Origin: Telmatospirillum sp.
GTDB lineage: Bacteria; Pseudomonadota; Alphaproteobacteria; CACIAM-22H2
Reading direction: 5' to 3'
Length of the DNA stretch: 64,000 bases
Assembly: GCA_020248985.1 (NCBI GenBank)
Contig: JADCGL010000039.1
Span: forward strand, 6,645-70,644
The translations under genes were made by a program, and so were the position numbers. Numbering within the stretch: the stretch's first letter is position 1; each line of letters begins with the position of its first letter. This document shows positions 27,483 to 37,896 of the stretch, in pieces. The notes below the pieces were generated by a model that did no database searches, had not been told where the DNA came from, and saw only the letters and a program-made list of their open reading frames with translations.

Positions 27483-28236
27483 CGCCGTCGCCCAAATAGG
27501 CTGCGCGCACGTCGACATTGGCGCGGATCTCGTCGGGCTTGCCGGTCGCGATCACGCGCCCGTAGACAAGTACGCTGATGCGGTCGGCGAGGGCGAACAC
27601 GACATCCATGTCGTGTTCGATGAGCAGGATGGTTTCTTCGCCCTTGAGTTTGGCGAGCAAGGCCGTCATGCGCTCGGACTCGTCCTTGCCCATGCCGGCC
27701 ATCGGCTCGTCGAGCAGCAGCAGGCGCGGGCGCGTGGCAAGCGCCATCGCGATTTCGAGCTGGCGCTGTTCGCCGTGCGCCAGATTGACCGCGCGCACGT
27801 CGGCGCGCGCACCAAGCCCGACGCGTTCGAGGATCGCCGCTGCGGGCTTGCGCAGATTTTCGTCGGCGCGCGCGGGCGCCCAGGCGCGGAAATTGTGGCC
27901 GTCCTGCGCCTGAACGGCCATCGCGACATTGTCGAGGGCCGTGAAGCCTTTGAAGATCTGCGTGATCTGGTAGGAGCGCGCAATGCCAAGGCGTGCGCGC
28001 GCATCGACCGTGAGGCCGGTCACGTCGGTGCCCGCAAAGCGGATCGTGCCGGCATTGGGCAGGATCTCGCCGGCCAACTGGGCGATCAGCGTGGTTTTGC
28101 CGGCGCCGTTCGGGCCGATGATCGCGTGGATTTCGCCCTCGCGAATGCCGAGCGACACATTGTCGGTCGCCAGCAACCCGCCGAAGCGCTTCACGAGCCC
28201 GTCGACGGCCAGCAGCGATTCAGTGGCTGCCGCCAT
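27475..28236 (-). CDS. HAAT/Liv-type ABC transporter ATP-binding protein (LivG-like)
   Basis: KRFGGL, GPNGAGKTT, LLLLDEPMAG, IEHDMDVV, VRAAYLG. Confidence 0.93.
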   Translation of the reverse strand: MAAATESLLAVDGLVKRFGGLLATDNVSLGIREGEIHAIIGPNGAGKTTLIAQLAGEILPNAGTIRFAGTDVTGLTVDARARLGIARSYQITQIFKGFTALDNVAMAVQAQDGHNFRAWAPARADENLRKPAAAILERVGLGARADVRAVNLAHGEQRQLEIAMALATRPRLLLLDEPMAGMGKDESERMTALLAKLKGEETILLIEHDMDVVFALADRISVLVYGRVIATGKPDEIRANVDVRAAYLGDGDA

Positions 28237-29221
28237 GGCGATCCTCCTTGGGCAGGAACCAGCCGAAGATGCCGCGACGCGCGAACAGCACGAGTAGCAA
28301 GAGGATCGGTCCGAAGACGACCATCCAATGCTCGGTATAGTCGGGCAGCGTCTTTTCGAGGAACAGGAACGCAAGGGCGCCCACGACGGGCCCGATCAGC
28401 GTGCCCATGCCGCCCAGAACCACCATCACGATGAGGTCGCCCGAGCGTGTCCAATGCATGATCGAGGGGCTGATATAGCTTTCGTTGGCGGCGAACAAAG
28501 CACCCGCGAGCCCCGCGAGCGCACCCGCCAGCGCAAAGCAGGCGAGCTTGTAGCGGAAGGTGGCGAAGCCGAGCGCTTTCATGCGGCGCTCGTTCTCGCG
28601 GCAACCTTGCACGACCATCCCGAAGCGCGAATTGACGAGGCGGCGCGTTGCGTAGAGCACCGCGCACAGGATGCCGAAGACGAGATAGTAGAACGCGACG
28701 TCGTTTTCCGTGTCGATGAGCCCCAGGATCACCGTGTCGCCGGGGAAGCGCAGCCCGTCGTCGCCGCCATAGGCGCGCAAGCTCACGAAGAAGAAATAGA
28801 CCATCTGCGCAAACGCGAGCGTGATCATGATGAAATAGATGCCGGTCGTGCGCAGGCTCACGAGCCCGATCAGGCCCGCAAGCGCGCCCGACAGCACGAC
28901 TGCCGCAGTCCACGTGACGAGCACGTTGTGCGTGCCCAGCATCATGCCGAACAGCGGCACTTCGCGCGCGGCGTGCCAGTTCAAAATCGCAACGATGTAG
29001 GCGCCGACGCCGAAAAACGCCGCATGGCCGAGACTGACCATGCCGCCATAGCCCAAAATCAAATCGAGACTGACCGCCGCGATCGCGAAGATCAGAATGC
29101 GGCGGAACTGGGCGATCTGGTAGTCGTTGTCGGTCGCGATCGCGACGAGCGGCAGCAGGGCGAGGGCCGCCAGCAGCACGATCACAAACCACGTCCGGCG
29201 GTCGAGTTTGAGGCCCGTCAT
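28220..29221 (-). CDS. HAAT/Liv-type ABC transporter permease (LivM-like)
   Basis: GYGGMVSLGHAAFFGVGAY, GIYFIMITLAF, RENERR, VLGGMGTLIGP. True start ATG 29221 lies inside the longer listed ORF. Confidence 0.9.
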   Translation of the reverse strand: MTGLKLDRRTWFVIVLLAALALLPLVAIATDNDYQIAQFRRILIFAIAAVSLDLILGYGGMVSLGHAAFFGVGAYIVAILNWHAAREVPLFGMMLGTHNVLVTWTAAVVLSGALAGLIGLVSLRTTGIYFIMITLAFAQMVYFFFVSLRAYGGDDGLRFPGDTVILGLIDTENDVAFYYLVFGILCAVLYATRRLVNSRFGMVVQGCRENERRMKALGFATFRYKLACFALAGALAGLAGALFAANESYISPSIMHWTRSGDLIVMVVLGGMGTLIGPVVGALAFLFLEKTLPDYTEHWMVVFGPILLLLVLFARRGIFGWFLPKEDRHGGSH

Positions 29222-30105
29222 GCGCGCGCCGCAAACAGGCCGGTGGGTTTGAAGAACAGCACGAACGCCATCAGGATGTAGATCGCCATTTCGGCGATGG
29301 CGGTCGGCAGGCCGAGCTGGGCGGGCACGATGCGCCCGAACGTGTCGACGAGGCCGACGATCACGGCTGCCACGAAAGCACCGCGGATCGAGCCGATGCC
29401 GCCAATCACGATCACGACGAAGGTCTTGATCAGCATCGCATCGCCCATGCCGACCTCGACCACGTAGATTGGGCCTGCCATGGCGCCCGCAAGGGCCGCG
29501 AGTGCCGCGCCCAGGCCGAACACGAGCATGTAAAGTCGGCTGATATCGACGCCCAAAGCGCCCACCATCTCGCGGTTGGATGCGCCCGCGCGGATCAGCA
29601 TGCCAAGCCGCGTGCGCGCAATCAGCCACCACAGCCCCAATGCGACTGCAAGCCCGACGGCAAGCACGGCCAGGCGGTAGATCGGGTAGGGAGCCCCCGC
29701 GATCAGTTCGACGCGGCCCGAAAGCAAGGGTGGCACGTCCATAAAAATCGAAATCGGACCCCAGATTATTTTGGTGAGTTCGTTGAAAAACAGAATGAGC
29801 CCGAACGTGGCGAGCACCTGGTCGAGATGGTCGCGCGCATAAAGGGTGCGCAGCGCGATCGCTTCGACGAGAACGCCGACGACGAATGTCGCAAGTATGG
29901 CGAGCGGCAAGGCGAGGAAGAAGCTGCCGGTCCATTGCGTGAAGCTGGCGGCGAAAAAGGCGCCGACCATGTAGAGCGAGCCGTGCGCCAGATTGACCAT
30001 GTTCATGATGCCGAACACCAGCGTGAGGCCGGCGGCCATCAAAAACAGCGTCACGCCCAGCTGCAGGCCGTTGAGCGTCTGTTCGAGGAAGAGAAGAAGG
30101 GACAA
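29218..30105 (-). CDS. HAAT/Liv-type ABC transporter permease (LivH-like)
   Basis: GLTLVFGIMNMVNLAHG, RTRLGMLIRA, VIVIGGIGS, KPTGLF; TTG start. Confidence 0.92.
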   Translation of the reverse strand: MSLLLFLEQTLNGLQLGVTLFLMAAGLTLVFGIMNMVNLAHGSLYMVGAFFAASFTQWTGSFFLALPLAILATFVVGVLVEAIALRTLYARDHLDQVLATFGLILFFNELTKIIWGPISIFMDVPPLLSGRVELIAGAPYPIYRLAVLAVGLAVALGLWWLIARTRLGMLIRAGASNREMVGALGVDISRLYMLVFGLGAALAALAGAMAGPIYVVEVGMGDAMLIKTFVVIVIGGIGSIRGAFVAAVIVGLVDTFGRIVPAQLGLPTAIAEMAIYILMAFVLFFKPTGLFAARA

Positions 30106-30171
30106 AGCGAAATCGTTCCGGAAAAGTAGCCCCCCCCGCCGTCTTGCGAACGGCGAGGGGCGGCGTTCAAA

Positions 30172-31356
30172 TCACTTCATCTTGCAGGCGCCGACATAGG
30201 CGTCGGCATGGCCCGAGAAGATGATGCCGCGCATCTGGTTCACGAGGCGGCCCTTCTCGTCCTTGCCGATCTGGGTCAGGTAGTAGTTCTGGATCGGGAA
30301 GTGGTTGGTGTTGAATTTGAAGGGCCCGCGCACCGACTGGAAGTTGGCGGTGCGCAGCGCGTTGCGGAACGCGTCCTTGTTGGCGAGGCTGCCGCCGGTC
30401 GCCTTGAGGGCGGCGTCGATCATCATCGCCGCGTCGTAGCTTTGGGCCGCATAGGGGCTCGGGATGCGGTTGTAAGCCGCTTCGAAATCGGCCACGAACT
30501 TCTCGTTGGCCGGATTGCCGAGGCTTTCGGACCAGAAGGTCGACGAGAACATGCCGATGGCGGCATCGCCCACGCCGGGCAGGATCGTCTGGTCGGCCGA
30601 GAAGGACGGTGCGAACAGCGGGATCTGCTGCATGAGGCCGAGCTGCGCGTATTGGCGGATGTAAGCCACACCCATGCCGCCCGGATAGAAGATGTAGGTG
30701 GCTTCAGGCCGTGCGGCGCGCAAGGCCGCAAGCTCGGCCGCGTAGTCGGTCTGGCCGAGCTGCGTGTAGACTTCGGCTACCACTTCGCCCTTGAAGAAGC
30801 GCTTGAAGCCCGCGAGCGCGTCGCGGCCCGCCGGATAGTTCGGCGCCATGATGTAGGCCCGCTTGATGCCGGCGTTCGTCATGTGCTGGCCCATGGCTTC
30901 GTGCGTATTGTCGTTCTGCCACGAGGCCGAGAAGAAGTTCGGGTTGCAGTCCTTGCCCGCGAGTTCCGACGGACCCGCATTGCCCGACACCAGGAACACG
31001 CCGCGGCGATCTTTGAGGACCGTGTCCGACAGGGCGAGCATGATGTTCGAGAAGATGACGCCCGTCACGATGTCGACGCGGTCGCGCTGCACCATGCGCT
31101 CGGCCAGCGCTTTGCCGGCATCGGGACGGAACTGGTCGTCGCCGACGATGAGTTCGGTCGGCACGCCGCCCAAGCGCCCGCCCGCGTGGCGGATCGCGAG
31201 GTTGAAGCCGTCGACCATGTCGCGGCCGAGGCCGGCATTGGGGCCGGACTGCGTGGTGATCAAGCCGATCTTGACGCCCTGCTGGGCGCTTGCGGGCTGG
31301 GCCAGCACGGCCGAGGCCGTCAGCGCCAGAGCTGCGAAGAGTGTTTTGTATTTCAT
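30172..31356 (-). CDS. HAAT-type substrate-binding protein, aromatic-acid-binding subfamily
   Basis: Signal peptide, SWQND, APNYPAGRD, FQSVRGPFKFNTNHFPIQ; lies in an aryl-CoA ligase operon. Confidence 0.88.
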   Translation of the reverse strand: MKYKTLFAALALTASAVLAQPASAQQGVKIGLITTQSGPNAGLGRDMVDGFNLAIRHAGGRLGGVPTELIVGDDQFRPDAGKALAERMVQRDRVDIVTGVIFSNIMLALSDTVLKDRRGVFLVSGNAGPSELAGKDCNPNFFSASWQNDNTHEAMGQHMTNAGIKRAYIMAPNYPAGRDALAGFKRFFKGEVVAEVYTQLGQTDYAAELAALRAARPEATYIFYPGGMGVAYIRQYAQLGLMQQIPLFAPSFSADQTILPGVGDAAIGMFSSTFWSESLGNPANEKFVADFEAAYNRIPSPYAAQSYDAAMMIDAALKATGGSLANKDAFRNALRTANFQSVRGPFKFNTNHFPIQNYYLTQIGKDEKGRLVNQMRGIIFSGHADAYVGACKMK

Positions 31357-31433
31357 GTCGAGGCTCCCTGTTCTTAGCTATGGGGTTCTTGGTTGTGGGC
31401 GGAGTTTCGCAGGCGGATTATCCGGCGGCAAGG

Positions 31434-33074
31434 TCAGGCTTTTGCCGGTTCGCGCAGGCGGAAGCGCTGCACTTTGCCAGTTTCGGTGCGGGGCAGCGTT
31501 TCGAGGAATTCGATAGCGCGCGGATATTTGTAGGGGGCGATGGTCGCTTTGACGTGGTCCTGCAGTTCTTTGACCGTCGCCGCGTCGGCATGGTTTGCGT
31601 CGCGCAGCACGACGAAGGCTTTGACGATCGTGCCGCGTTCGGCGTCGGCAACGCCCACGACCGCGCATTCGCGCACCTTGGGATGTTCGATCAGCACGCT
31701 TTCGACCTCGGGGCCGGACACGTTGTAGCCGGCCGTCACGATCATGTCGTCGGTGCGCGCCTGGTACCAGAAATAGCCGTGTTCATCCATTTTGTAGGCA
31801 TCGCCGGTGAGGTTCCAGCCGTTCTGCACGTATTTGGCTTGGCGCTCGGGATCGGCCAGATAGCGGCAGCCGGTGGGGCCGCGCACGGCCAAGCGCCCAA
31901 CCTCGCCGGGCGGCAAGGGCGTGCCGTCGTCGCCGAGGATGCAGGCGGCATAGCCCGGAATGGCGCGGCCTGTGGCACCAGCGATCATGTCTTCCGGTGC
32001 TGCCGCCACGAAGATATGCAGCATCTCGGTGGCCCCCAGCCCGTCGATCAGCCGCACGCCGCAGAAACGCTCCCAGGATTCGAACGTCGTCTTGGGCAGA
32101 TGTTCGCCCGCCGATACGCCGCGGCGCAGCGTGGCAAAGGCTTTGGCGTCAGCATTGTCGGCGATCGCGCGATAGGCGGTGGGGGCGGTGAACAGAATCG
32201 TCGCCTTGCCGTCCGACACGATCTGCGGCAATGCGTCGGGCGAGGCGCGCTCGGCCAGCAATGTGGATGCGCCGTAGCGCATCGGGAACGTCACCAAGCC
32301 GCCGAGCCCGAAGGTGAAGGCCAGCGGCGGCGAGCCGGTGAAGATGTCGTCCGGCGTGGGATTCAGCACGTAGCGCGGAAACGCGTCGCAGATCGCCATC
32401 ACGTCGCGATGGAAATGCATCGTGCCCTTGGCCGGCCCCGTGGTGCCCGACGTGAACGCGATCAGCGCCACGTCGTCGGCGGCGGTCGGGCAATTGTCGA
32501 ATAGAGCGGGCTTTGCGGCCATGCGCTTCTCGAGCCCGTCGGCTGCGTCGCCGTTGAAATAGACGATGTCGCGGCAAATGGGGGCAGCCGCTTTGGCCTT
32601 CTCCATCTCGTCGGCCAAGCGCACGTCGCACAAGGCGAGCGCGATCTCCGCCTTCTGCAGGATGTAGGTCAGTTCCTTGGCGCGCAGCAGCGGCATCGTG
32701 GCGACGGCAATGCCGCCCGCCTTCAGAACCGCAAACCAGCACGCGACCATCATCGGGTTGTTCGCACTACGCAACAGCACGCGATTGCCGGGCTTGAGGC
32801 CGCAATCTTCGACGAGAACGCGGGCAATGCGATTGGCCTGCGTCAGCAGATCGGCATAGCTCCACACATGCGCGCCGAAGCGAATGCAGGCGCGCCCGCC
32901 CCAGCCGCGTGCCACGGCCGCGTCGAGCAGTTCGACGGCCGCGTTGAGGCGGGTCGGATAGTAGAGCTCCGGCAACGCAAAGAACATTTCGGGCCAAGCC
33001 GATTGCGGCGGCAGATTGCGGCGCGCGAAATCGTCGAGATGGGCGGAAGGCGACAGGCGCGGCGGCTCAGACAT
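31434..33074 (-). CDS. Aryl-CoA ligase, 2-aminobenzoate-CoA ligase-like (AbmG-like)
   Basis: SAHLDDFARRNLPP N-terminus, FTSGTTGPAKGTMHFHRD, PPLAFTFGLGG, DGLGATEMLHIF, APYKYPR, TETGKVQR. Confidence 0.88.
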   Translation of the reverse strand: MSEPPRLSPSAHLDDFARRNLPPQSAWPEMFFALPELYYPTRLNAAVELLDAAVARGWGGRACIRFGAHVWSYADLLTQANRIARVLVEDCGLKPGNRVLLRSANNPMMVACWFAVLKAGGIAVATMPLLRAKELTYILQKAEIALALCDVRLADEMEKAKAAAPICRDIVYFNGDAADGLEKRMAAKPALFDNCPTAADDVALIAFTSGTTGPAKGTMHFHRDVMAICDAFPRYVLNPTPDDIFTGSPPLAFTFGLGGLVTFPMRYGASTLLAERASPDALPQIVSDGKATILFTAPTAYRAIADNADAKAFATLRRGVSAGEHLPKTTFESWERFCGVRLIDGLGATEMLHIFVAAAPEDMIAGATGRAIPGYAACILGDDGTPLPPGEVGRLAVRGPTGCRYLADPERQAKYVQNGWNLTGDAYKMDEHGYFWYQARTDDMIVTAGYNVSGPEVESVLIEHPKVRECAVVGVADAERGTIVKAFVVLRDANHADAATVKELQDHVKATIAPYKYPRAIEFLETLPRTETGKVQRFRLREPAKA

Positions 33075-34518
33075 GGGCAGGTCCGGCGATTTCGAAGTTG
33101 GGGATGGCTAGATCGACGGCGACGACGTTCGACGGCGCGCTGTGGCGGCCGTTTTCGTCGTAGGCGGTGACGTAGTAGCTGTAGCCAAGCCCGCCCAAGA
33201 CGAGCTTGTCGGCGTGCTTGGTGCTTTTGACGGCCTCGACGATGGCGGTCGCACCGCCCGCTTCCGCGCGGTGGATGTCGTAGCCTGCGATTTTGCCGAG
33301 CGCTTTTTTCCACGCCAGCCGTACGACGCCGTTTTCGACCGTTGCCGACAATGCGGCCCCTTCGGTCGGCCATTGCGGCGCTTCGCGCGCTGGGTCGTCG
33401 ATGGGCGCTTGCGCTAGCCCCTTGGGCCATAGAAAGCAGCTCACAAGTTTGAAATTCTCGTCGAGTTGTTTGCACACATTGCAGTAGATGCAGCGCAGAA
33501 TCGCGTCGCTGCGGCCGGCAGCCACTTTCTTGATCCAGTCTGGATCGGCCAGCAATTGGCGCGCCATGCCGATCATGTCGGCTTGGCCGGTTGCAAGCAG
33601 CCGCTCGGCATCGACGGGATCGCTGATCTTGCCGACCGAAGCGACCGGAATGTCGTAGCCGTGTTTGTTGATGAAGGCTTTGATGCCGGCGGCGAGGTGT
33701 GCATGCGGCAGGGGCGGATAGGCTTCGCCCGGCATGCAGCGATCGCCCGAATAGCCCGTATAGGGATAGAGTGGCGATCCCTCTTTGTGGACGGCGTCTT
33801 CGAACTTGCCGCCGACCGACAGCGAGATGTAGTCGACGCCGAGTTGCGCCATGCGCAGCGCGATACGTTGGCTGTCGGGCAAGGCGTAGCCGTCTTTGAT
33901 CGCTTCTTCGGCGAGGAAACGCACGCCGACAGGCCAATCCTTGCCGACCGTTTCGCGCACGCGCGTCATCACGCGGCCGAACAGGCGCAGGCGGCCTTCG
34001 AGCGTACGGCCGTCATACTCGTCCCGTCGCATGTTGCGCCGCGAAAGGAACGAGGACAGCGTATAGGCGTGCGCCGAGTGCAGTTCTACGCCGTCGTAGC
34101 CTGCTTCGCGTGCGCGTCCCGCAGCGGCAGCGAAGGCATCGACGATCGCGTCTATCTCCTGAAGCGAAAGTTGGTCGATCGTTTGGCGCCAACCGGAGCG
34201 CGCGACCTTCATGAAATGGATGATCTGCGGCACGATCTTGGAGGGGCCCGCATCGTGCACGCGTGCCACGAGATCGCGATGACCCGGCACGAATTCGTCG
34301 CGCGACAGGCGCAAGAGCGGCCCCGATTTCGCCTCGTGCACGGCCATCGCCTCGACCACGATAAGCCCGACATGGCCCTGCGCGTAGCGTACATAGCGCT
34401 CGACGATGCCCTCGTTCACGTAGCCGTCCTCGCCGGACAGACGCGTGACCATGGCGGGCACCAATACGCGATTGGGCAGCGTCATTGTGCCGACGCGCAA
34501 GGGTTCGAGCAGTTTCAT
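33067..34518 (-). CDS. NADH:flavin oxidoreductase (Old Yellow Enzyme family) with a four-Cys motif and C-terminal FN3-like domain
   Basis: LPNR...[47 protein letters not shown]-x11-C; tail VRLAW...GYDIHR...[17 protein letters not shown]. Confidence 0.85.
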   Translation of the reverse strand: MKLLEPLRVGTMTLPNRVLVPAMVTRLSGEDGYVNEGIVERYVRYAQGHVGLIVVEAMAVHEAKSGPLLRLSRDEFVPGHRDLVARVHDAGPSKIVPQIIHFMKVARSGWRQTIDQLSLQEIDAIVDAFAAAAGRAREAGYDGVELHSAHAYTLSSFLSRRNMRRDEYDGRTLEGRLRLFGRVMTRVRETVGKDWPVGVRFLAEEAIKDGYALPDSQRIALRMAQLGVDYISLSVGGKFEDAVHKEGSPLYPYTGYSGDRCMPGEAYPPLPHAHLAAGIKAFINKHGYDIPVASVGKISDPVDAERLLATGQADMIGMARQLLADPDWIKKVAAGRSDAILRCIYCNVCKQLDENFKLVSCFLWPKGLAQAPIDDPAREAPQWPTEGAALSATVENGVVRLAWKKALGKIAGYDIHRAEAGGATAIVEAVKSTKHADKLVLGGLGYSYYVTAYDENGRHSAPSNVVAVDLAIPNFEIAGPAHV

Positions 34519-35684
34519 GGGCCAGCTTCCGCCGCAAAGGCGGCCAAGGTTTGGCCCGCGATCACAAGTTTCTGGATCTCGCTCGTGCCTTCGTAGATGC
34601 GCAGCGCCCGCACCTCGCGATAGAGGCGTTCGACGACATTGCCCGCGACCACGCCCTGGCCGCCATGCAGTTGCACGGCACGGTCGGCCGCGCGCTGGGC
34701 CATCTCGGTCGCGTAGAGCTTTGCCATCGACGCTTCGCGCGTGACGCGGACACCTTGCACGTCCTTAGTCCACGCTGCGCGGTAGACGAGCAGTGCAGCC
34801 GCGTCGATTTCAGTCGCCATGTCGGCAAGAGCCGCTTGCGTGAGCTGGAAATCGGCAAGCTTGCTGCCGAAGGCTTCGCGCGCGCGCGTATAGGTCAACG
34901 CCTCGTCGAGGGCGCGGCGCGCAAAGCCGAGAGCCGCGGCGGCAACCGTCGAGCGGAAGATGTCGAGCGTCGCCATTGCGATCTTGAAGCCGTCGCCGGG
35001 CTGCCCGAGCATTGCGTCAGCGGGCACAAACGCCTTGTCGAAGCGCAGCGTGGCAAGGGGGTGGGGTGCTATCGTCTCGATTCGCGCTTCGATCGCAAGA
35101 CCCTGCTGGTTGGCATCGACGACGAATGCCGACAGACCTTTCGCACCCGGTGCCTCGCCCGTGCGCGCGAACACCACATAGTGCCCGGCAATGCCGCCGT
35201 TCGAAATCCAGGTCTTGCGCCCGTCAAGCACGAAGCCGTTGCCGCTGCGCATGGCTTGGAGCCGCAGGGCCGAGACGTCCGATCCGCCCTCGGGCTCCGA
35301 CAGCGCAAACGCCGCCAAGCTTTTGCCCGTACGCACGGCAGGAAGGTACGCAGCCTTCTGCGCATCGCTGCCGAACAGTAGGATCGGCCCCGTTCCGAGC
35401 CCTTGCATGGCGAACGCAAAATCGGCGAGGCCCGAGCGATAGGAGAGATGTTCGCGCGCCACGCACAGGCTGCGCACGTCGTGTTTTTCGGCGGGCACGG
35501 CAAGATCGAGAAACCCCGCGACAGCCAAAGCCTGCGCAAATTCTTTGGTCAGCGAATCTGGGTCGCCATGGTCGACCGCGCGTGGCTCGAGCGTTTCGCG
35601 CCCGAACGCGTCCAACCGTTTCGCGAGTGCACGGTGGCTTGCGTCGAAAAACGGCCAAGCGAGGTAGGAGCGGTCCGCCATCAA
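34515..35684 (-). CDS. Acyl-CoA dehydrogenase (AbmD-like)
   Basis: WPFFD N-terminus, [43 protein letters not shown]. Confidence 0.92.
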   Translation of the reverse strand: MMADRSYLAWPFFDASHRALAKRLDAFGRETLEPRAVDHGDPDSLTKEFAQALAVAGFLDLAVPAEKHDVRSLCVAREHLSYRSGLADFAFAMQGLGTGPILLFGSDAQKAAYLPAVRTGKSLAAFALSEPEGGSDVSALRLQAMRSGNGFVLDGRKTWISNGGIAGHYVVFARTGEAPGAKGLSAFVVDANQQGLAIEARIETIAPHPLATLRFDKAFVPADAMLGQPGDGFKIAMATLDIFRSTVAAAALGFARRALDEALTYTRAREAFGSKLADFQLTQAALADMATEIDAAALLVYRAAWTKDVQGVRVTREASMAKLYATEMAQRAADRAVQLHGGQGVVAGNVVERLYREVRALRIYEGTSEIQKLVIAGQTLAAFAAEAGP

Positions 35685-36505
35685 TTGCCCTCAAAGACGG
35701 GTTTTTGCTTGGCGGCGAAGGCGCGGTAGGCGCGCGCAAAATCTTCGGTCTGCATGCAGATCGCTTGCGCCTGCGCCTCTGCTTCGATGGCTTGCGACAC
35801 GCTCATGTTCCATTGATGGTCGAGGGCCGTCTTTGTCATCGCATGTGCAAAGGTCGGGCCGTCGGCAAGGTCTTTGGCGAAGGTGCGCGCTTCCGCCAGC
35901 AGCGTCTCGGGCGCGCAGAGACGATTGAAAAAGCCCCAGCGTTCGCCCTCGGGCCCGGCGAGACTGCGACCGGTGTAGAGAAGTTCTGCCGCGCGCCCTT
36001 GACCCACGATGCGTGGCAGGATGCTGCAAGCTCCCATGTCGCAGCCCGCCAAGCCGACGCGCACGAACAGATACGCGACTTTCGTGCGCTCGGTGCCGAA
36101 GCGCAGATCGGCCGCCATGGCGATGGCGGCACCGGCACCCGCGCATACGCCGTCTATTGCGGCCACGACCGTTTGCGGACAGCCGCGGATCGCGCGCACG
36201 AGATCGCCCGTCAGCCGTGTGAAGCGCAGCAGGTCGGGCATCTCCATGTCGACGAGCGGACCGATGATCTCGTGCACGTCGCCGCCGGAACAGAAATTGC
36301 CGCCCGCACCGGTGATCACGACCGCTTTGATCTCGCGGGAATCGACGAGACTTGCGAACAGGTCGCGCAATTCGGCGTAGCTTTCGAAAGTCAGCGGATT
36401 TTTGCGCTCGGGCCGGTTCAGCGTAACGGTCGCAACCTTGCCATCGACCGCCCAAAGAAAATGTGTGGCGCGATAGGCTTTCGCATCGAAGTTCTTGAAG
36501 CTCAT
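35681..36505 (-). CDS. Enoyl-CoA hydratase/hydrolase family protein (AbmC-like)
   Basis: [57 protein letters not shown]. Confidence 0.92.
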   Translation of the reverse strand: MSFKNFDAKAYRATHFLWAVDGKVATVTLNRPERKNPLTFESYAELRDLFASLVDSREIKAVVITGAGGNFCSGGDVHEIIGPLVDMEMPDLLRFTRLTGDLVRAIRGCPQTVVAAIDGVCAGAGAAIAMAADLRFGTERTKVAYLFVRVGLAGCDMGACSILPRIVGQGRAAELLYTGRSLAGPEGERWGFFNRLCAPETLLAEARTFAKDLADGPTFAHAMTKTALDHQWNMSVSQAIEAEAQAQAICMQTEDFARAYRAFAAKQKPVFEGN

Positions 36506-37008
36506 GGCTGCACCCCGGCGGCGGAGATCTTGAGTTTGGCGAGCAAGGTCAGCAAGCGTTTGAGATCGCCTTCGTCGAGGCCGGCGAATGCCGCATCGAT
36601 CCAGCTTTCGTGCGGTCCCAGCATGGCCTCGAAGGCGCGCAAGCCCTTGGGTGTGAGCTTGACGCGCGCCGAGCGGCGATCTTTGGCTTGCGCCACGCGC
36701 ACGATGAGACGGTCCGCGACAAGACCCTCGACGAGGCCCGTCACGTTGCCCGCCGACACCATCATGCGCTGCGACAACTCGCCCATCGTGAGGCCGTCAT
36801 CGTTGCCTTGGCTCTGTGCGCGCGCGAGCTGCGACAGCACGTCGAAACGCGGCAGCGTGATGTCGAAGCTCTCGCGCAGATTGGCGCGCACGCGCCGCTC
36901 GACCAGATTGGCGCAGGTCAGCAGTCGCAGCCACGCGCGCAGCTGCAGATGCTGCGAGTTTTCGTGCCCCTGTTCGCGGTCGCCCGCGCGTTCGTTGGCA
37001 AGGCTCAT
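36502..37008 (-). CDS. MarR family regulator embedded in the operon
   Basis: [51 protein letters not shown] 37008 overlaps the SDR stop. Confidence 0.92.
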   Translation of the reverse strand: MSLANERAGDREQGHENSQHLQLRAWLRLLTCANLVERRVRANLRESFDITLPRFDVLSQLARAQSQGNDDGLTMGELSQRMMVSAGNVTGLVEGLVADRLIVRVAQAKDRRSARVKLTPKGLRAFEAMLGPHESWIDAAFAGLDEGDLKRLLTLLAKLKISAAGVQP

Positions 37009-37802
37009 ATTTCGCCGCCTGCGACTGTGAGTACCGTCCCGGTGACGGCCGCAGCGGCGGGCGAGCACAGATAGGCGACGGCCGCCGCGACCTCGTCGGG
37101 GGTGATCAGCCGACCCATCGGATTGGCAGCGGCGTATTTGCCTTTGATGCGCTCGGTGTCGCTGCCGGTGCGTGCGGCGACGTCGGCGGCGGCTTGGGCA
37201 AGCATCGGCGTATCGGTGAAGCCGGGACACACGGCATTGACGGTGACGCCGGTGCGCGCGAGTTCGAGTCCGAGTGCGCGCGTGAGCCCAACGAGCCCGT
37301 GTTTGGCAGCGACGTAAGCCGAGACGAACGGGTAGCCCTTGAGCCCGGCGGTCGATGCGATATTCACGATACGGCCCCAGCCGCGCGCTTCCATAGCCGG
37401 CACTGCAAGCTTGGTCGCATCGAAGGCGGCCGTGAGATTGAGGGCGAGTGCCTGCGCCCAATGCTCGGCGCTCGTGTCGGCAAATCGCGCGCTGGTCGCA
37501 CCGCCGGCATTATTGACGAGGATATCGACGGGTTGGCGTGCGCTCGCTTGCGCAAACATGCGCGCGAGCGCTGCCGCATCGGTCACGTCGCAAGCGCGCG
37601 CGTCGCCCGCAATTTCGTCGGCAAGGGCGGCAAGCGGTTTGGCATTGCGCGCGACAAGGGTCACATGCGCGCCGTGTGCTGCGAGGCATCGTGCGATCGC
37701 CGCGCCGATGCCGCGCGAAGCGCCCGTCACTAGGGCGTGACGGCCGACCAGGAACGCTGCAGGCAGAAGCGCTGGGGACGGTGCGGCGGACGGGCGTTGC
37801 AT
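37005..37802 (-). CDS. SDR family oxidoreductase (AbmB-like 3-hydroxyacyl-CoA dehydrogenase)
   Basis: TGASRGIG, NNAG, YVAAK, VTVNAVCPGFTDT, NPMGRLITPDEVA. Confidence 0.9.
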   Translation of the reverse strand: MQRPSAAPSPALLPAAFLVGRHALVTGASRGIGAAIARCLAAHGAHVTLVARNAKPLAALADEIAGDARACDVTDAAALARMFAQASARQPVDILVNNAGGATSARFADTSAEHWAQALALNLTAAFDATKLAVPAMEARGWGRIVNIASTAGLKGYPFVSAYVAAKHGLVGLTRALGLELARTGVTVNAVCPGFTDTPMLAQAAADVAARTGSDTERIKGKYAAANPMGRLITPDEVAAAVAYLCSPAAAAVTGTVLTVAGGEI

Positions 37803-37820
37803 CGAGGCAGCCTCGCGACG

Positions 37821-37846
37821 GAGATATTTTAAGTCTAAAGTATCTC
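37821..37846. promoter_or_regulatory. Probable MarR operator upstream of the aromatic-CoA operon
   Basis: AT-rich imperfect palindrome GAGATATTTTA-AGTC-TAAAGTATCTC, 18 nt upstream of the first gene's ATG. Confidence 0.65.
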
Positions 37847-37896
37847 GGGCCGCTCGGCAAGCCCGTCTGCGGGCGCGCGCGGGAGCGCGGCTTGGT

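Noticed and set aside
30130-30160. Hairpin between the SBP and permease genes
   Set aside because: Typical mRNA-stabilising or attenuating stem found after ABC binding-protein genes.
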